From positions 62,000,001 to 62,064,000 of the forward strand of contig NC_042999.1 in assembly GCF_006345805.1 (NCBI RefSeq): 64,000 bases of DNA, written 5' to 3'. Origin of the DNA: Octopus sinensis. Lineage: Eukaryota. Below, one piece after another: positions 12,265 through 24,881 of this stretch (position 1 is its first letter; each line of letters begins with the position of its first letter). The notes beneath the pieces are model-generated. The model worked only from the letters and a program-made list of their open reading frames with translations. It was not told the DNA's origin and searched no databases. A program made the translations under genes and the position numbers.

Positions 12265-12990
12265 CAGTAATCCCTCGCCATACCGTGATTCACTTATCGC
12301 GGTTTATTATTTAAGCTTATATCGATTCCTCCGTGGTGTTGTTTTACATCTATATATATAAAACTGTAGTTGTGTGAGTGTCTGTCCCCTTCGATTTAGA
12401 TTCCTAACTACTCCCACATTTTGCGGTGCAGTTTAACCAAATTCGGGTATCTTATAGTCGTGATTCATATCGAGCCCGTCTGAGTATTAGCGCGCGTCTA
12501 CGATGAGTCTACGATTTTAAAAATAATTTAACATCATTTTTTATTCCATTTTAATGCATAATTTTCGTCTGTCGATGGTGGCGGAGTTGGCGTCCATGGT
12601 CACACCTGCACCTGTTTGCTTCTCCCCCCTTCTTCCCTCCTCGTGAAGCTGTGGGGAAGGGAGTGTAAGGAAATCAACGTCGTAAAGCGTTGTCAAGGAG
12701 ACCAGCGTTCTTTTAGAACAACGACTTCATGGCTTGAAGACCACCAAACCGAAATGGCTAAGAAAGCCCGAATTGGCATCTATAAGGGAAGTAACTCTCT
12801 AAAAATGCTTATATAGTTATTTCCCTTACAAACCCGAGCAACGCCGGGCGATACTACTAGTTTATAATAAAATAATTATATACGACTTATAAAAATAGTT
12901 TTAAAAAACTATACAGTGCACTACTGTTTCTACTACGCGGATTTTAACTTATCACGGATGGTTTTGGAACGTAACGCTCGCAATAGTGGA
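12265..12990 (+). mobile_element. Tigger/pogo-like MITE remnant interrupted by a Helitron
   Basis: Starts CAGTAATCCCTCGCCATACCG and resumes after 12860 with ...CGCGGATTTTAACTTATCACGG...GGAACGTAAC. The family assignment rests on resemblance only. Confidence 0.4.
12349..12860 (+). mobile_element. Non-autonomous Helitron
   Basis: 5' TCTATATATATAAAACTG, subterminal hairpin CCCGAGCAACGCCGGG, 3' CTAG. Inserted between A and T with no TSD. Two more copies lie at 24882-25891. Confidence 0.85.
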
Positions 12991-13255
12991 GCGAAAACAG
13001 CCAACAACTGATGAAGAGTCATTCTTTATATTTGTTTTCTTTTCCATTTGTGTCTTTCGTTGTTCGAAAGAATAGTTCATGTTCCATGTACTCGTGCTTC
13101 GTACTTTTTTGTTGTACACGTTTCATGACGTCCTGTGCCCACATATGCATATATATATATTACCCTCCTTCTTCCATTTTCCTGAGCGCCTAATAATATT
13201 AATACTGTAATTGTTCCACGTGTTTGTTGTTGTTTCTGTTTTCCCGTTGGTATAA

Positions 13256-13319
<64 letters not shown>

Positions 13320-13359
13320 ATTACGTATAGATTAGTATGTACATATACGTATGTATATA

Positions 13360-13399
<40 letters not shown>

Positions 13400-13411
13400 A
13401 TATAAATATAT

Positions 13412-13499
<88 letters not shown>

Positions 13500-14502
13500 G
13501 TTATTACCTCCCTTAACGTAAGTCTAAAATACGGACAAAAATGACAAGAACAGCGAGAGAATAATATCATTATATATGCAATAACAGATAATGTCAACCT
13601 TTGCATAAAGTATTCTTCAAGATACGCTCCTCTGAGTGCACCGTAGAAAATACAAAATAATTATGCATGAAATATCCTTGCACAACAGAGTTAACGATAT
13701 AATATCACATAGCAGACGCCAGAATAAATTCACTTTTAAAACTGGTCCAGAATGCAATCTGAGTAGATATCCTATAACACAGCCGCAGCGGAAATAACTG
13801 TAAAAATAAAACAACCAGCTAAGTAAGAGAAAGAAAAAAATGACAACTTAGTGACATCAAATATATATAATACGCCTTCTATCAGAAATATCTTTAGCTA
13901 CTTCAGATGTGAAGTAATTTTGAAACACATAGACCAACTTTTTAGCAAGTGGGTATATGAATAGTGTAATCAAAAACTTAAAGGATAGCTAACGAGCCAC
14001 CCAATGGATTAGCAATAAACAGATATGTACCCCTATGGATATGGCTCAGCACAACAAGATTCGATTTCCCAATCGACAAATAGAAACAGAGTTATTGAAG
14101 GATCGTCAATGGAAAACGATGTGCAGAAAAATAATTTCAAGGAATAGCATGAGGAAAACAGGGGCTGATAAAAGTGCATGCAGGTAAGGAACAGCAAAGC
14201 TGACCGTGCAAAAGAACTAGAAGGAGCGACGAAATGACAAATGAAAGAACGAATATAATACACAACGCAGTAATAAACACAACATTAAAAACCAACCATT
14301 GAAAATGATAGCCATATACAAAAGAATGAACTCACTCTGATGTATATAAAATCAACATGAATACCGTTAGAAGACGATCTCGCTTGGTGATAACAATGGC
14401 ATGAAAACCGAATCACGGGAGACAAAATTCAGTTCGAAAAAAAAAAAAAAAATAAACTACACCAAATATTAAATACACTCTCTTTTATTGAGACACAGTT
14501 CA

Positions 14503-14569
<67 letters not shown>

Positions 14570-14937
14570 AATACAGACATACATGCATACGCACATACAT
14601 CACACACACACACATACACATACATATATACTTATATATGTACCAATTTGGGTATAAGTATTTCATCAAATTATGTTTACTCATAAGAATAAAATTACAC
14701 ACACATACATGCATACACGCACACATACACACTAATATGTATGTTTGTGTGTCTATATATATATGTAAATATATATATGTGTGTGTATGTATATGTCTAT
14801 ATATATATATATATATTATAAATGTATATGTCTATATATATACATATATATATATATATATAATACGTGTATATATATATATATATATAATGTATGCATG
14901 TATCTATGTGTTTATATGTGTGTCAATATGTATATTG

Positions 14938-14982
<45 letters not shown>

Positions 14983-15234
14983 ATATAATATATATATATA
15001 TGTAGGTATGTATGTATGTATGTATGTATGTATGTATATATGTATGTATGCATATGTCTGTATATAAGTGTGTATATTATGTGTTTGTGTGTGTCTGTGT
15101 GCGTGCATATATAAATACACACACATACATAGTGAGAGAGAGAGAAGAGGGGACATTTGTATATGTATATCCTTATGTGCGGAGTGCACGCATACGTTTC
15201 GATATCACACATAGACGCAACACACACACACACG

Positions 15235-15268
<34 letters not shown>

Positions 15269-15294
15269 ACACACACACACAAATACACACACAA

Positions 15295-15351
<57 letters not shown>

Positions 15352-16016
15352 CACACCAAAAGATCTTTGTAGTTTATGACTAAGCTTTTCACAGAAACTA
15401 CGCCATACACAAAAAAGCTCTTTCTTTCCCCCATCGTTTTCTATTAAGTTTTATCAGTGAAACTATCTTCCATGTGACTCAACTCACACGAATATAATCA
15501 TTATTATTAAGCAAAGAAATGTACAGCAATTTACTTGTAAGGAGCAAAATGGAGGGGAAAAAACGAGCGAGAGAGAGAGAGTGACAACCATAAAATATAT
15601 TTCCTTAACATTTCTACTTGATTAAATTGAGCTTATCACATGACAGCTGCGATATTCCCAGAGGTTCACAAGTTTTGGCAAACTTGAAAGTATGTCTTAT
15701 GTTATTATCTCCTGACGTTTGGAAGAGTTGAGTTTTTCTCAGCGTCCGAATTGTTTTACTTGTTTTTCTCTTTCTTTTTCTTTTCTTTTTTTTCTGGCTG
15801 TTGTTGCTTATGTTGTTGTTGTTGTTGTTATGATTCTTCTTGTTTGTTTCGTTTTTTGTCTGTTTGTTTTCTCTTCTTTGTCTCTGGTTTTGCATGGACG
15901 TGGATTATTGCTCTTGTTTGTTTTATTCTTTTATTTTTATTTTTATTCTTTATTTTGTTTTAAGTAAACGAAGTTCCGTGTTCTGTAAGGTTGGAAAGAT
16001 CGTGTAATAAATAATA

Positions 16017-16054
<38 letters not shown>

Positions 16055-16489
16055 TAATAATAATAATAATAATAATAAAAGATGGGCTACAGCAAATAAT
16101 AATAATAATAATAATAATGATGATGATGATGATAATAATAATAATAACAATAATAATAGTGTTTATATTTATTAGCCACAAGGCTTCGAAGAGATGCAAA
16201 ACAATACGAAACATTCACTATGGGTTACAAAGAATGAAAGGATAAGATGGAGCGGGAAAAATTACATTTACAAATTACGAATGGGACAGGTAAGACACTT
16301 TATATGGTAGGCAGAAGCGCTTACTAAGAATTTTAGTGTTACACTCACGAGCAGATGTATACATATGTATTTATGCATACATATACATACATATATGCAC
16401 ATAAAAGATATATACAGACATGCATACGCATGCGCAGACATGCTGTTACACATGTGGTAGCACCATCACTAAAGGGTCTGCTGCTTTGA

Positions 16490-16721
16490 AAGGCGGCGAG
16501 CTGGCAGAAACGTTAGCACGCCGGGCGAAATGCTTAGCGGTATTTCGTCTGCGTTACGTTGTGAGTTCAAATTCCGCCGAGGTCGACTTTACCTTTCATC
16601 CTTTCGGGGTCGATAAATTAAGTACCAGTTACGCACTGGGGTCGATGTAATCGACTTAATACCTATGTCTGTCCTAGTTTGTCCCCTCTGTGTTTAGCCC
16701 CTTGTGGGTAATAAAGAAATA
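16490..16721 (+). mobile_element. tRNA-derived SINE (family A, GGCGGCGAGCTGGCAGAA head), full monomer with 15-bp TSD
   Basis: The TSD GGTCTGCTGCTTTGA is at 16475-16489 and 16722-16736. A B-box-like GAGTTCAAATTCC is present. Confidence 0.85.
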
Positions 16722-16865
16722 GGTCTGCTGCTTTGATGAAAGGAAAAGAGCATGAAACCTCTTACTGAGATAACTTTAACGATAGAAAAAAGCAGCAATA
16801 ATGCTTCAACCAAGCACAGCTGCTGTAGCGGATAAAACCTGTTGCACCCATGCCGCTACTAATTA

Positions 16866-17434
16866 CGAGATTGAGTCAAAAAATAATGCCATTTTGTTTA
16901 GGACAGGTATGATTACGAACACAGGAACGTGTACCATACATCAAAATGAAGCTGGTCCTATGTGGATCACATCCCTACATCTCAACATAGTCGCGGTTTC
17001 TCTCAATAGCAATGTTCCACCTTCGAATGAGAGCGTATAACCCTGCCCCGTAAAATTCTGTTGACTGATCTTTGAGCCACTTCTTCACTACAGCTTTCAC
17101 GTCCTCGTCACTGGAATAATTTAGCGCCTTCAGACTATTATCTCTTCGGTCCCATCAAAGAGGGTTTGGGAGGCAAACATTATTCCAGTGACGAGGAAAT
17201 GAAAAACTGCAGAGAAGAAGTGGCTCAAAGAACAGTCAGCAGAATTTTACGGGGCAGGGATATATGCTCTCATTCGAAAGTGGAACATTGCTATTGAGAG
17301 AAACGGTGACTATGTTGAGAAGTAGGGATGTGATCCACAGAGAACCAGCTTCATTTTGATGTATGGCACATGTTCCTGTGTTGGTAATTATACCTGTCCT
17401 AAACAAAATGGCATTACTTTTTAACTCACCCTCG
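16866..17434. mobile_element. Mariner-derived foldback element with ~250-bp inverted arms
   Basis: TA|CGAG...CTCG|TA. 16866-17118 is the imperfect reverse complement of 17179-17434. The spacer and right arm encode LAPSDYYLFGPIKEGLGGKHYSSDEE...KWNIAIERNGDYVEK*. Confidence 0.9.
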
Positions 17435-18899
17435 TAAATTATACATGTATGTGTATGAAAAGGCAAAAGTGGGTTGAGAGAGTGTTTAAAAAATACAAAT
17501 GGAAGGTAATACTCATGGAAAGGTCTTTGAGGATCTCCTAAAGTCATCGGGCGAAAGACTTCTGGTTAAACAATATCAGAAGTCGTCAGAAATCTATAGA
17601 GATGTGGGGATTTTTAAGAATAAAGCCCACAAGAGACATTTGGGTGAATTTTTAAAGAAGGAAGAGAACCTTATATAGTAGATCGCCCTTATAAAAACTG
17701 TAACGAAATCTCCTTCAACTAAAATACTGCTAACTTGAAAAAAATAACTCGTTAGATATTGAAGATAAAGACGGAATGATCACTTTTGGAACGACAATAA
17801 TAGATCTACTTGACTAACACTGACATGGAACTATAGTTCTTTCTAATTTTGGCACAAGGCCAACAATTTGTAGGGAAGGGAGCTAGTCAATTACATCAAC
17901 CCCAGTATTTAACTGGAACTTATTTTATCGATCTTGAAATGGTGAAAGCAAAGTTGACCTCTGTGGAGTCTGAACTCAATCGGTAAAACAGGATAAAATG
18001 CCACTAAGAATTTTACCCGACGTGCTAACGAGTCTATCAGCTCACCGACTTCTGGGAGCTAAACAATAATACCCAAGATAATTTACTGTTAAATCAATCA
18101 GTTTATTTTAAATGAATAGCAATTGAGTTGCTTCTGGTATCGAGACCGAAACGGTTTTCTTGAAAATTAATGTATTTCTTTACACAAGAGAACGTTTCCA
18201 ATAATTACTTTCACACGTCTTTGATTTATCAGTTACACTCATGTTTTCTTTACCTCCCTTTCTTTTTCTTTTACTTATCCTCCTTCCGCCACTGCCTCCT
18301 TCTCCTCCACCTCTATTCGTATCTTTCCCTCTTTTATCTCCTTCTTTTTCCTTCTTCTTCATCTCCATCTTCTTTCTCTTTGATAGTTTTTATTTGTATT
18401 AGTTTTGAAAAATGTTGTACTCTTCTTAATATTGGTTTTAAATTTTGGCACAAAGCCAGTAATTTCGGCGAGAAGGTAATTCGATAAAATCGATCCTAAT
18501 ACTTGACTGGTATTTCATGTTATCGATCCCGAAGGGATGAAATACGGATTTGACCTCGACGGGATTTGAAATCAGGAGGTAATGATTCAGAGGGAATCCT
18601 ATGCACCATTCCGTCCAACGAACTAACAATTCTTCCGGTTCGCTACCGGTGCCCTGCTGGCTCACTGCCTTTAGACTGCTTTAAAGGAATATTGGTTTCA
18701 AATTTTGGCACAAAGCCAGCAATATCGGGGGAGGGATAAGTCGATCACATCAACCTCAATACTCAACAGGCATTTACTTTATCAACCCCTAAAGGATGAA
18801 AGGCAAAATCGACCTGGAATCGATCTAATCAACTAAGCCCCGCCCCACGAAAGTGCTCGCTTTGTGCCAAAATTTGATATCATTATTCCATAAAGATAG

Positions 18900-19490
18900 A
18901 AGGCGGCTAATAAACAATATCGTTAGCATACCGGACAAAATGCTTAACGGTATTTCGTCTGCCGCTACGTTCTGAGTTCAAATTCCGCTGAGGTCGACTT
19001 TGCCTTTCAGGGTCGATAAATTAAGTACCAGTTACGCACTGGGGTCGATGTAATCGATTTAATCCGTTTGTCTGTCCTTGTTTGTCCTCTCTGTGTTTAG
19101 CCCCTTGTGGGCAGTAAAGAAATAGGTATTTTGTCTGCCGCTACGTTCTGAGCTCAAATTCCGCCGAGGTTGACTTTGCCTTTCATCCTTTCGGGGTCGA
19201 TAAATTAAGTACCAGTTACGCACTGGGGACGATGTAATCGATTTAATCTGTTTGTCTGTCCTTGTTTGTCCTCTCTGTGATTAGCCCCTTGTGGGTAGTA
19301 AAGAAATTGGTATTTCGTCCATCTCTACGTCTTAAGTTCAAATGCCTCCGCAGTCGACTTTGCTTTTATTTCACCTGTCACTATTCCGGGTCAATGAAAT
19401 TAAAACTAGTCAAGCCCTGGGATCAATGTAATCGACTTACCCCCTCCCCTCAAAAAATTCAGGCCTTGTGCCTATCGTAGAAAGGATTAT
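18900..19490 (+). mobile_element. Family A SINE with tandemly repeated ~180-bp body
   Basis: A head is followed by three repeats starting GTATTT(C/T)GTC; the first two end in AAAGAAAT. Confidence 0.8.
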
Positions 19491-20623
19491 AACACAAATA
19501 TAAAGCGGTATTTCTTTCGGTTTTTTTACTTTCTGAATTCAAATCTCACCAAGCTTAATTTCGCTTCTCATCCTCCTGGGGTCAATAAAATAAATTATCC
19601 CGCCAAATATTATGAAGCAATTATTATCTTCCTTGTATTAAATATCCGATAAGGGACGCCCCGTGCTGGGTCTATTTTAACGATTTCAAATTTTGGTGCT
19701 TTGCGTTTGTATTAATAACAGTTATTACGTAATAATAAGTGAAAGATTGACAAAATCGTTAGAATATCGGATGCAATACTTTGCGTTATTTGGTCCGGCT
19801 CTTTACGATCTGAATTGAAATTCCACCGGAGTCGACTTTACCTTACATTTTTATAGAGTCTATGAAATAGAATCCTATACAATCGAAGTGCAAGGGTCAA
19901 TTTGGCGGTTGTTTCTTCCCACTATAAATCTCTGGCAATGTACCAACGTTACAAATTGTTATTGTAAAATTACAAATTCAACAGTATTTCTTTAAAACAA
20001 ACAGTAAAAACAAACTTTATGAATTCTTTTAAAAAGATGAAAAAAAAAACTCTGTTACAAACGGAACAAATAGAACGTAGAAAGAAAAGTAAGCAAACCA
20101 AACAAAAAGGTAAAAAATCAAGATATTGCTCGAGGTAACGACAATACTATGATTTAATAATCTTTCAAATCTGAAAAGCAAACTTATATAAATATCTGTG
20201 TACGCGCGTGTATATATATGTATATACATACATTCATACATTTTTTTTCCGTTTCAGAAAAAGTTGTAAAAGTTTTAAGCTATATTCACCTTCAATTATA
20301 TTCGTTGTCAACGTCTCATCTTCATATAAAGTTTTTGTTTGTTTGTATTTTGTGTTTTGGAATTTTCTTTCTCAAACTTTAATCAGTACGCTAATGTCAA
20401 ATTTAACATCTGGCTTGTTTATTTGCGCTTTCTGTAGTTGTATTCATAATTTTTCTCTTGCTTTTTAGGTGTTCAATTAAACGATTTTCTACGTGAGCGT
20501 GTGTGTTTGTGTACGTATATATACGTGTGTGTGTGTGTGTGTCTGTGTGTAAAACTACTTAGTAGACATATAAGTATGTCGAACTTACCTGTTTCTCCGT
20601 AGATGGGGAAAGTGATGGTGATG

Positions 20624-20673
20624 GACAGCCTTAATTGATTTTCGACCCTTATTGGCGTCTCATCAGAGGTGTC
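20624..20673 (-). ncRNA. Type I hammerhead ribozyme candidate
   Basis: GACACCT CTGATGA GACGCC AATAA GGGTC GAAA ATCAAT T A AGGCTGTC: stem I GACA-CCT/AGG-C-TGTC, stem II GAC...GTC, short stem III, UUA site. Confidence 0.65.
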
Positions 20674-20796
20674 AATATCACTTGACGAAGCCCAGAGAAA
20701 CAAGTTGCCAACCTGTTTGTATTCACATCGAATCAAGTCGCTCCAGTGTGTGAGAGAGTGTGTGTTTGTGTGTAAGTGCATGTGTATGTATGTATG

Positions 20797-20828
<32 letters not shown>

Positions 20829-20977
20829 TGTATGCAAGCATGTATGTATGTATGCATGTATGTATATGTGCATGTATGTATGTATGCATTATGTATGTAT
20901 GCATGTATGTATGTATGTACGTATGTATGTATGCATGTATGTATGTATGTATGTGTGTATGTATGTATGTATGTATG

Positions 20978-21009
<32 letters not shown>

Positions 21010-21689
21010 CCTACTTAAACCCATACATGTGAACGTAGATGAAGCATGACCGATTAGTTTGCAGGTCCACTTCACAATCAGGTTCTCCTTAGTTCAGTCA
21101 CACAGCGTGGCACTTTGGACAAGAGTTTGTTTGTTAGTATAACTTCGGATCGATTTATGTTCAATAAACCCAGTGGGGTAGATACAAAGTAGGGGCGGGT
21201 GGGGCATCGGATAAAGAGTGTCTTCAGTTGAAAGGAACAATCATGTCATTCATACACACTTACTGTGTCATGCCGATTCTGAGTTTGAACACACTAGTGT
21301 TTGCGGGATACTCAACCACTCACACTATAATTCAATGAGTACGTAAATCAGTGTATTCTTGAAATTGAATTGTCATTGTCGTATGGGTGCCGTTGTGAGT
21401 TAAAGTTTGTCTTGCGATGAGAGTGAGAGATACGGAAAGAATAATCGGCCCTTAGTCCTTGGTTAGTACCCTATGTGCCTTCCCGGTAGAGATAAAAGAC
21501 AAAGTTGACCTCAGTAGAATTTGAACTCAGATCATAGATAACCAAACTGAATACAGCAGAGCATTCTCATTGACGCTCTGACAGCTCTGCCCAATCGACG
21601 CACTACAAACATGCACAAACACACATACACACACACACATGCACACGCACGCTCGCACACACACTCACACACACACCACACACACACAC

Positions 21690-22230
21690 ACAAGATGCAG
21701 TTCAGAAGTTTTTAGACTTTTCAGGAGAAACATTTACTCATTTCCACGAAGCACAAAAGTAATCTCCTTCAAACTAGGATTTTGTGACCTCAATAGCGCT
21801 CCCAACACTTCATAAACACCCCATGTAAGTCTTCTAAAGTAAAGGTATCCCGGATCCTTGTCACAGCCTCCTTCATCTTCTTCGGCTTGGAAACAACCAA
21901 AAGTAACACGGGGCAAGGTCTGAACAGTAAGGAGGGCGAGAGACAGTTTTGGTGCTCATCTCTGTCAAGTAGTTGCTTACCAGGATGGAATTGTGAATTG
22001 GTGCAATGTCCTGGTGCAGGTGTTTTGGGCTTTTGTGAAGAAATTCCTTCCTGAACTCCCTCAAAACCTCCATAAAGTATTCTTTGTCGAGTGCCTGGCC
22101 AAAGGGAACCCAGAGAGTGTGGATTATGCTCTTGCTATCTGAACAGGGGATCATTACGAATTTCCTGGTGAACTTACTTTACCTGGCCCTCTGTGCCAGA
22201 AAAACAGACGCTCGGCTCACACAAGTTAAA
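21690..22230 (-). pseudogene. Mariner transposase fragment (DDD domain C-terminus)
   Basis: ORF 21873-22154: HQDIAPIHNS...PPYCSDLAPCYFWLFP. Confidence 0.8.
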
Positions 22231-22233
22231 CTA

Positions 22234-22799
22234 TTTGGTTGTCCGGAAAGTTTGTGCCGATTTAGAGTAGCTTACCTTTCGACTTATTTTAGAACTTGGT
22301 TGAGTTCATAAAATAGGATTTGACTACACCTCCATTTAGAGCACAGTTTAAGCTATTTTTTCGTGGAGTAAGGTTTATGTTCCTATAATCTGTGTTAATT
22401 CTGTAACGCTTTAAAATGGAAGATAAGAAAGTTCATTTTCGGTACTTGATGCTTTGGGAACCAGACAAAAATTGCTGCAGCTCGGCTGGGATGTGTTACC
22501 CCACCCTCCATATTCACCAGATATTGCTCCTTCGGATTTCTACTTATTCAGGCCTCTGCAGAATAATCTTAATGGTAAAAATTTCAATTCCTTGGATGAC
22601 GTAAAAAGATACCTTGATGAATTCTTTGCCATGAAACCACCTAAATTCTGGGAAGAGGGTATTTTCAAGTTAAAGGGAAAATGGAGATGCATTGTGCAAC
22701 AAAATAGTTCATATTTGGCTGATTAAAAATGTAATGGCAAGTATTTATTGACCTTTTTCTTTCCTTTAAAAATCGGCATGAACTTTCCGGACAACCCAA
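22234..22799 (+). mobile_element. Internally deleted mariner element with both TIRs
   Basis: TA TSD on both sides. TIRs TTTGGTTGTCCGGAAAGTTTGTGCCGATTT / AAATCGGCATGAACTTTCCGGACAACCCAA. The N-terminus MEDKKVHFRYLMLW is fused to LGWDVLPHPPYSPDIAPSDFYLFRPLQN. Confidence 0.9.
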
Positions 22800-23343
22800 T
22801 ATAAGCAGTCTGGATGATTTCATAAGTTTCTATAGCATTTTTACCCAGTTAAAACTAAACATGTATGTATTGACAGCGAGCTTCCAGTTCGCCTTTACGT
22901 CCCGACTGCATTCTGCAAACTTATCAAATATGACAAGCAATGTTTAGTAGGGTGAATTCAGAGTGCTGTTACAGTCGTCTCCTTTAATCTGGAACAACAG
23001 AAGTTGGCAGGTCAACTCTTAGATGTATAGTAGTGATGTACTAAAATTACAATAAGCTAAGACAATCATAACTCCCCCTCCTATAAAAAATCTCAAAACA
23101 TCTAAAATGCATTTTGTGTGTGTGTGTGTGTGTGTATGGTGTGTGTTGTGTGTGTGTGTGTGTGTGAATATGTGTGTGTGTGAATATGTGTGTGTGTGAA
23201 TATGTGTGTGTGTGTGTGTGTGAACCTAACACTGATTGCCGTGAATTTTAGACTACGCATGCACACATGTACATATGCACATAACAAGAACAATTGTCTA
23301 ATTTTCTATATATTGATATTCTCAACTGAGTAGAATAATCTTC

Positions 23344-23377
23344 GCTGAAGAGATCTTTATAAGACTGAAACATGTCC
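23344..23377 (+). ncRNA. Minimal hammerhead-like motif with weak stem I
   Basis: G CTGAAGA GATCTT TAT AAGACT GAAA CATG T C C: intact core, palindromic ACATGT stem III, GUC site, but only one stem I pair. Confidence 0.4.
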
Positions 23378-23566
23378 ATTGTTTTCTTTAGTTGCCTTTA
23401 GACCAGGTCCACTCTAATCATCTTTGTGTATATTATATTAACATTTTCATCAACTGATTTACTAAAGCAATCTCGATTTGAATTTAGTTGGCGGAAACTG
23501 TATAAAGGTCCGTTATGTATGTATGTATGTATGTATGTATGTATGTATGTATGTATGTATGTATAT

Positions 23567-24115
23567 GTCAGGTCACTTTCGAGTGCTACTGGTAACATGT
23601 AACCCAGTACAACCTGTTGCATGGTCGGGTCGTCGGCGACTAAACCGGCAACCCCGCCAAGCTTGCTTGGTGAGGAGGGTGTTTATTGGACACCCTGCGG
23701 GATGAAAAACAAAACCCGTCAAAGGGCGGAGGAACTCTTGAGAGTCAACGGCCATCCAATAAATGTCTTAAGGCTGTATCATGCGCGGAGACATAGAAAT
23801 AATCGGACTGAATACCCGATCGCGCGGTTAAACCATTGGGAGTGAAGGACTCCTAGCCTTTGTTTGGGCATCCTTCTAGGAGAAGGTAACTCAGGTAACT
23901 GGGATAACTCCGACATAAAACCTGCAGCTCAGTGATTACCGATGATGTTGACTTGTTCTTCTTTTCAGATTATGGCTGCTGTTGCTTAGTGAGTGGATTG
24001 ACTCAGTGCACAGCCTTTCCTCACTTAAAAAAAATCTTCTTGCACAGGTATTGCACGATAACAACATTGATTAAGCTTCGCACAATGGCCATACTCGATA
24101 ACGAGGGGGCAGCCA
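23567..24115 (+). mobile_element. GC-richer repeat resembling an RTE LINE 5' region
   Basis: Contains GGCATCCTTCTAGGAGAAGGTAACTC, which resembles the RTE 5'-UTR motif, plus several short hairpins. It is flanked by (TATG)n. The assignment rests on resemblance only. Confidence 0.4.
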
Positions 24116-24427
24116 CCATATGTATGTATGCATGTATGTATGTATGTATGTATGTATGTATGTATGTATGTATGTATGCATGTATGTATGTATGCATTTA
24201 TGTATGTATTAAGTATGTATGTATGTGTGTATGTATGTATGTATGTATGTATGTATGTATGTATGTATGTATATATTTTTGCATTTATGCATGTATGTAT
24301 GTATGTATGCATTTATGTATGTATGTATGTACGTATGTATGTATGCATTTATGTATGTATGTTATGTATGTATGTATGTATGTATGTATGTATGTATGTA
24401 TGTATGTGCGTGCATGCGTTCGTGCGG

Positions 24428-24674
24428 AAGATTAATTCGGAAGACGCAGTGTAACTAGAAGCATTTATTAGCACAACAATAGTTTTGGCTTCATTCTGTA
24501 ATAACACCAGATGCAAAGTACAGTACAAAAGACCCTCGTCAGGTGACGTACTGTATGTTGTAGCTGGTGTTATTACGTCGCCCCACGCCCACTGGGAGTA
24601 GGGCAGAGTGAAGCCAAAACGATTGCTGTGCTAATAAATGTCCCTAGTTACACTCCGCCTTCCGTATTAATCTT
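24428..24674. repeat. ~247-bp foldback (inverted duplication) with a CTGACGA core in the loop
   Basis: AAGATTAAT...TTTTGGCTTCA pairs with TGAAGCCAAAA...ATTAATCTT. Inner stems are GTAATAACACCAG/CTGGTGTTATTAC and TACAGTAC/GTACTGTA. Confidence 0.85.
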
Positions 24675-24881
24675 TTAAAATATACCCTACGTTCACCTCG
24701 AAATTTCGGACGTAGGTCTCACGACGATCGTACAATATCGCTGATGACGCCTGGTAGCCATAAACGGTGAACAAGCTCTACAGGTGCACTACTTGAAATT
24801 TACCCTGAAACAAGGTTTAGATACTGCATTTAACGCCTACTTTCTAACCTCAATTCTTCAATTCTAAATTTTACTTATATA

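Noticed and set aside
12613-12816. Recurrent ORF MLLP...WGRECKEINVV (also 25103-25333, 25623-25847)
   Set aside because: It is the internal sequence of the non-autonomous Helitron copies, with variable starts and frames and no recognisable domain.
11921-15434. YI/CV/HT/MYVC-rich ORFs here and elsewhere (20473-21075, 23932-24458, 26696-27433, 47402-48231)
   Set aside because: They are translations of (TA)n, (CA)n, (TATG)n and (GATA)n microsatellites.
21137-21150. loxP-like half site (TATAACTTCGGAT)
   Set aside because: It is a partial match with no spacer or second arm.
24690-24775. GAAA...CTGATGA cluster as a type II hammerhead
   Set aside because: There is no NUH at the required position and stem III does not pair.
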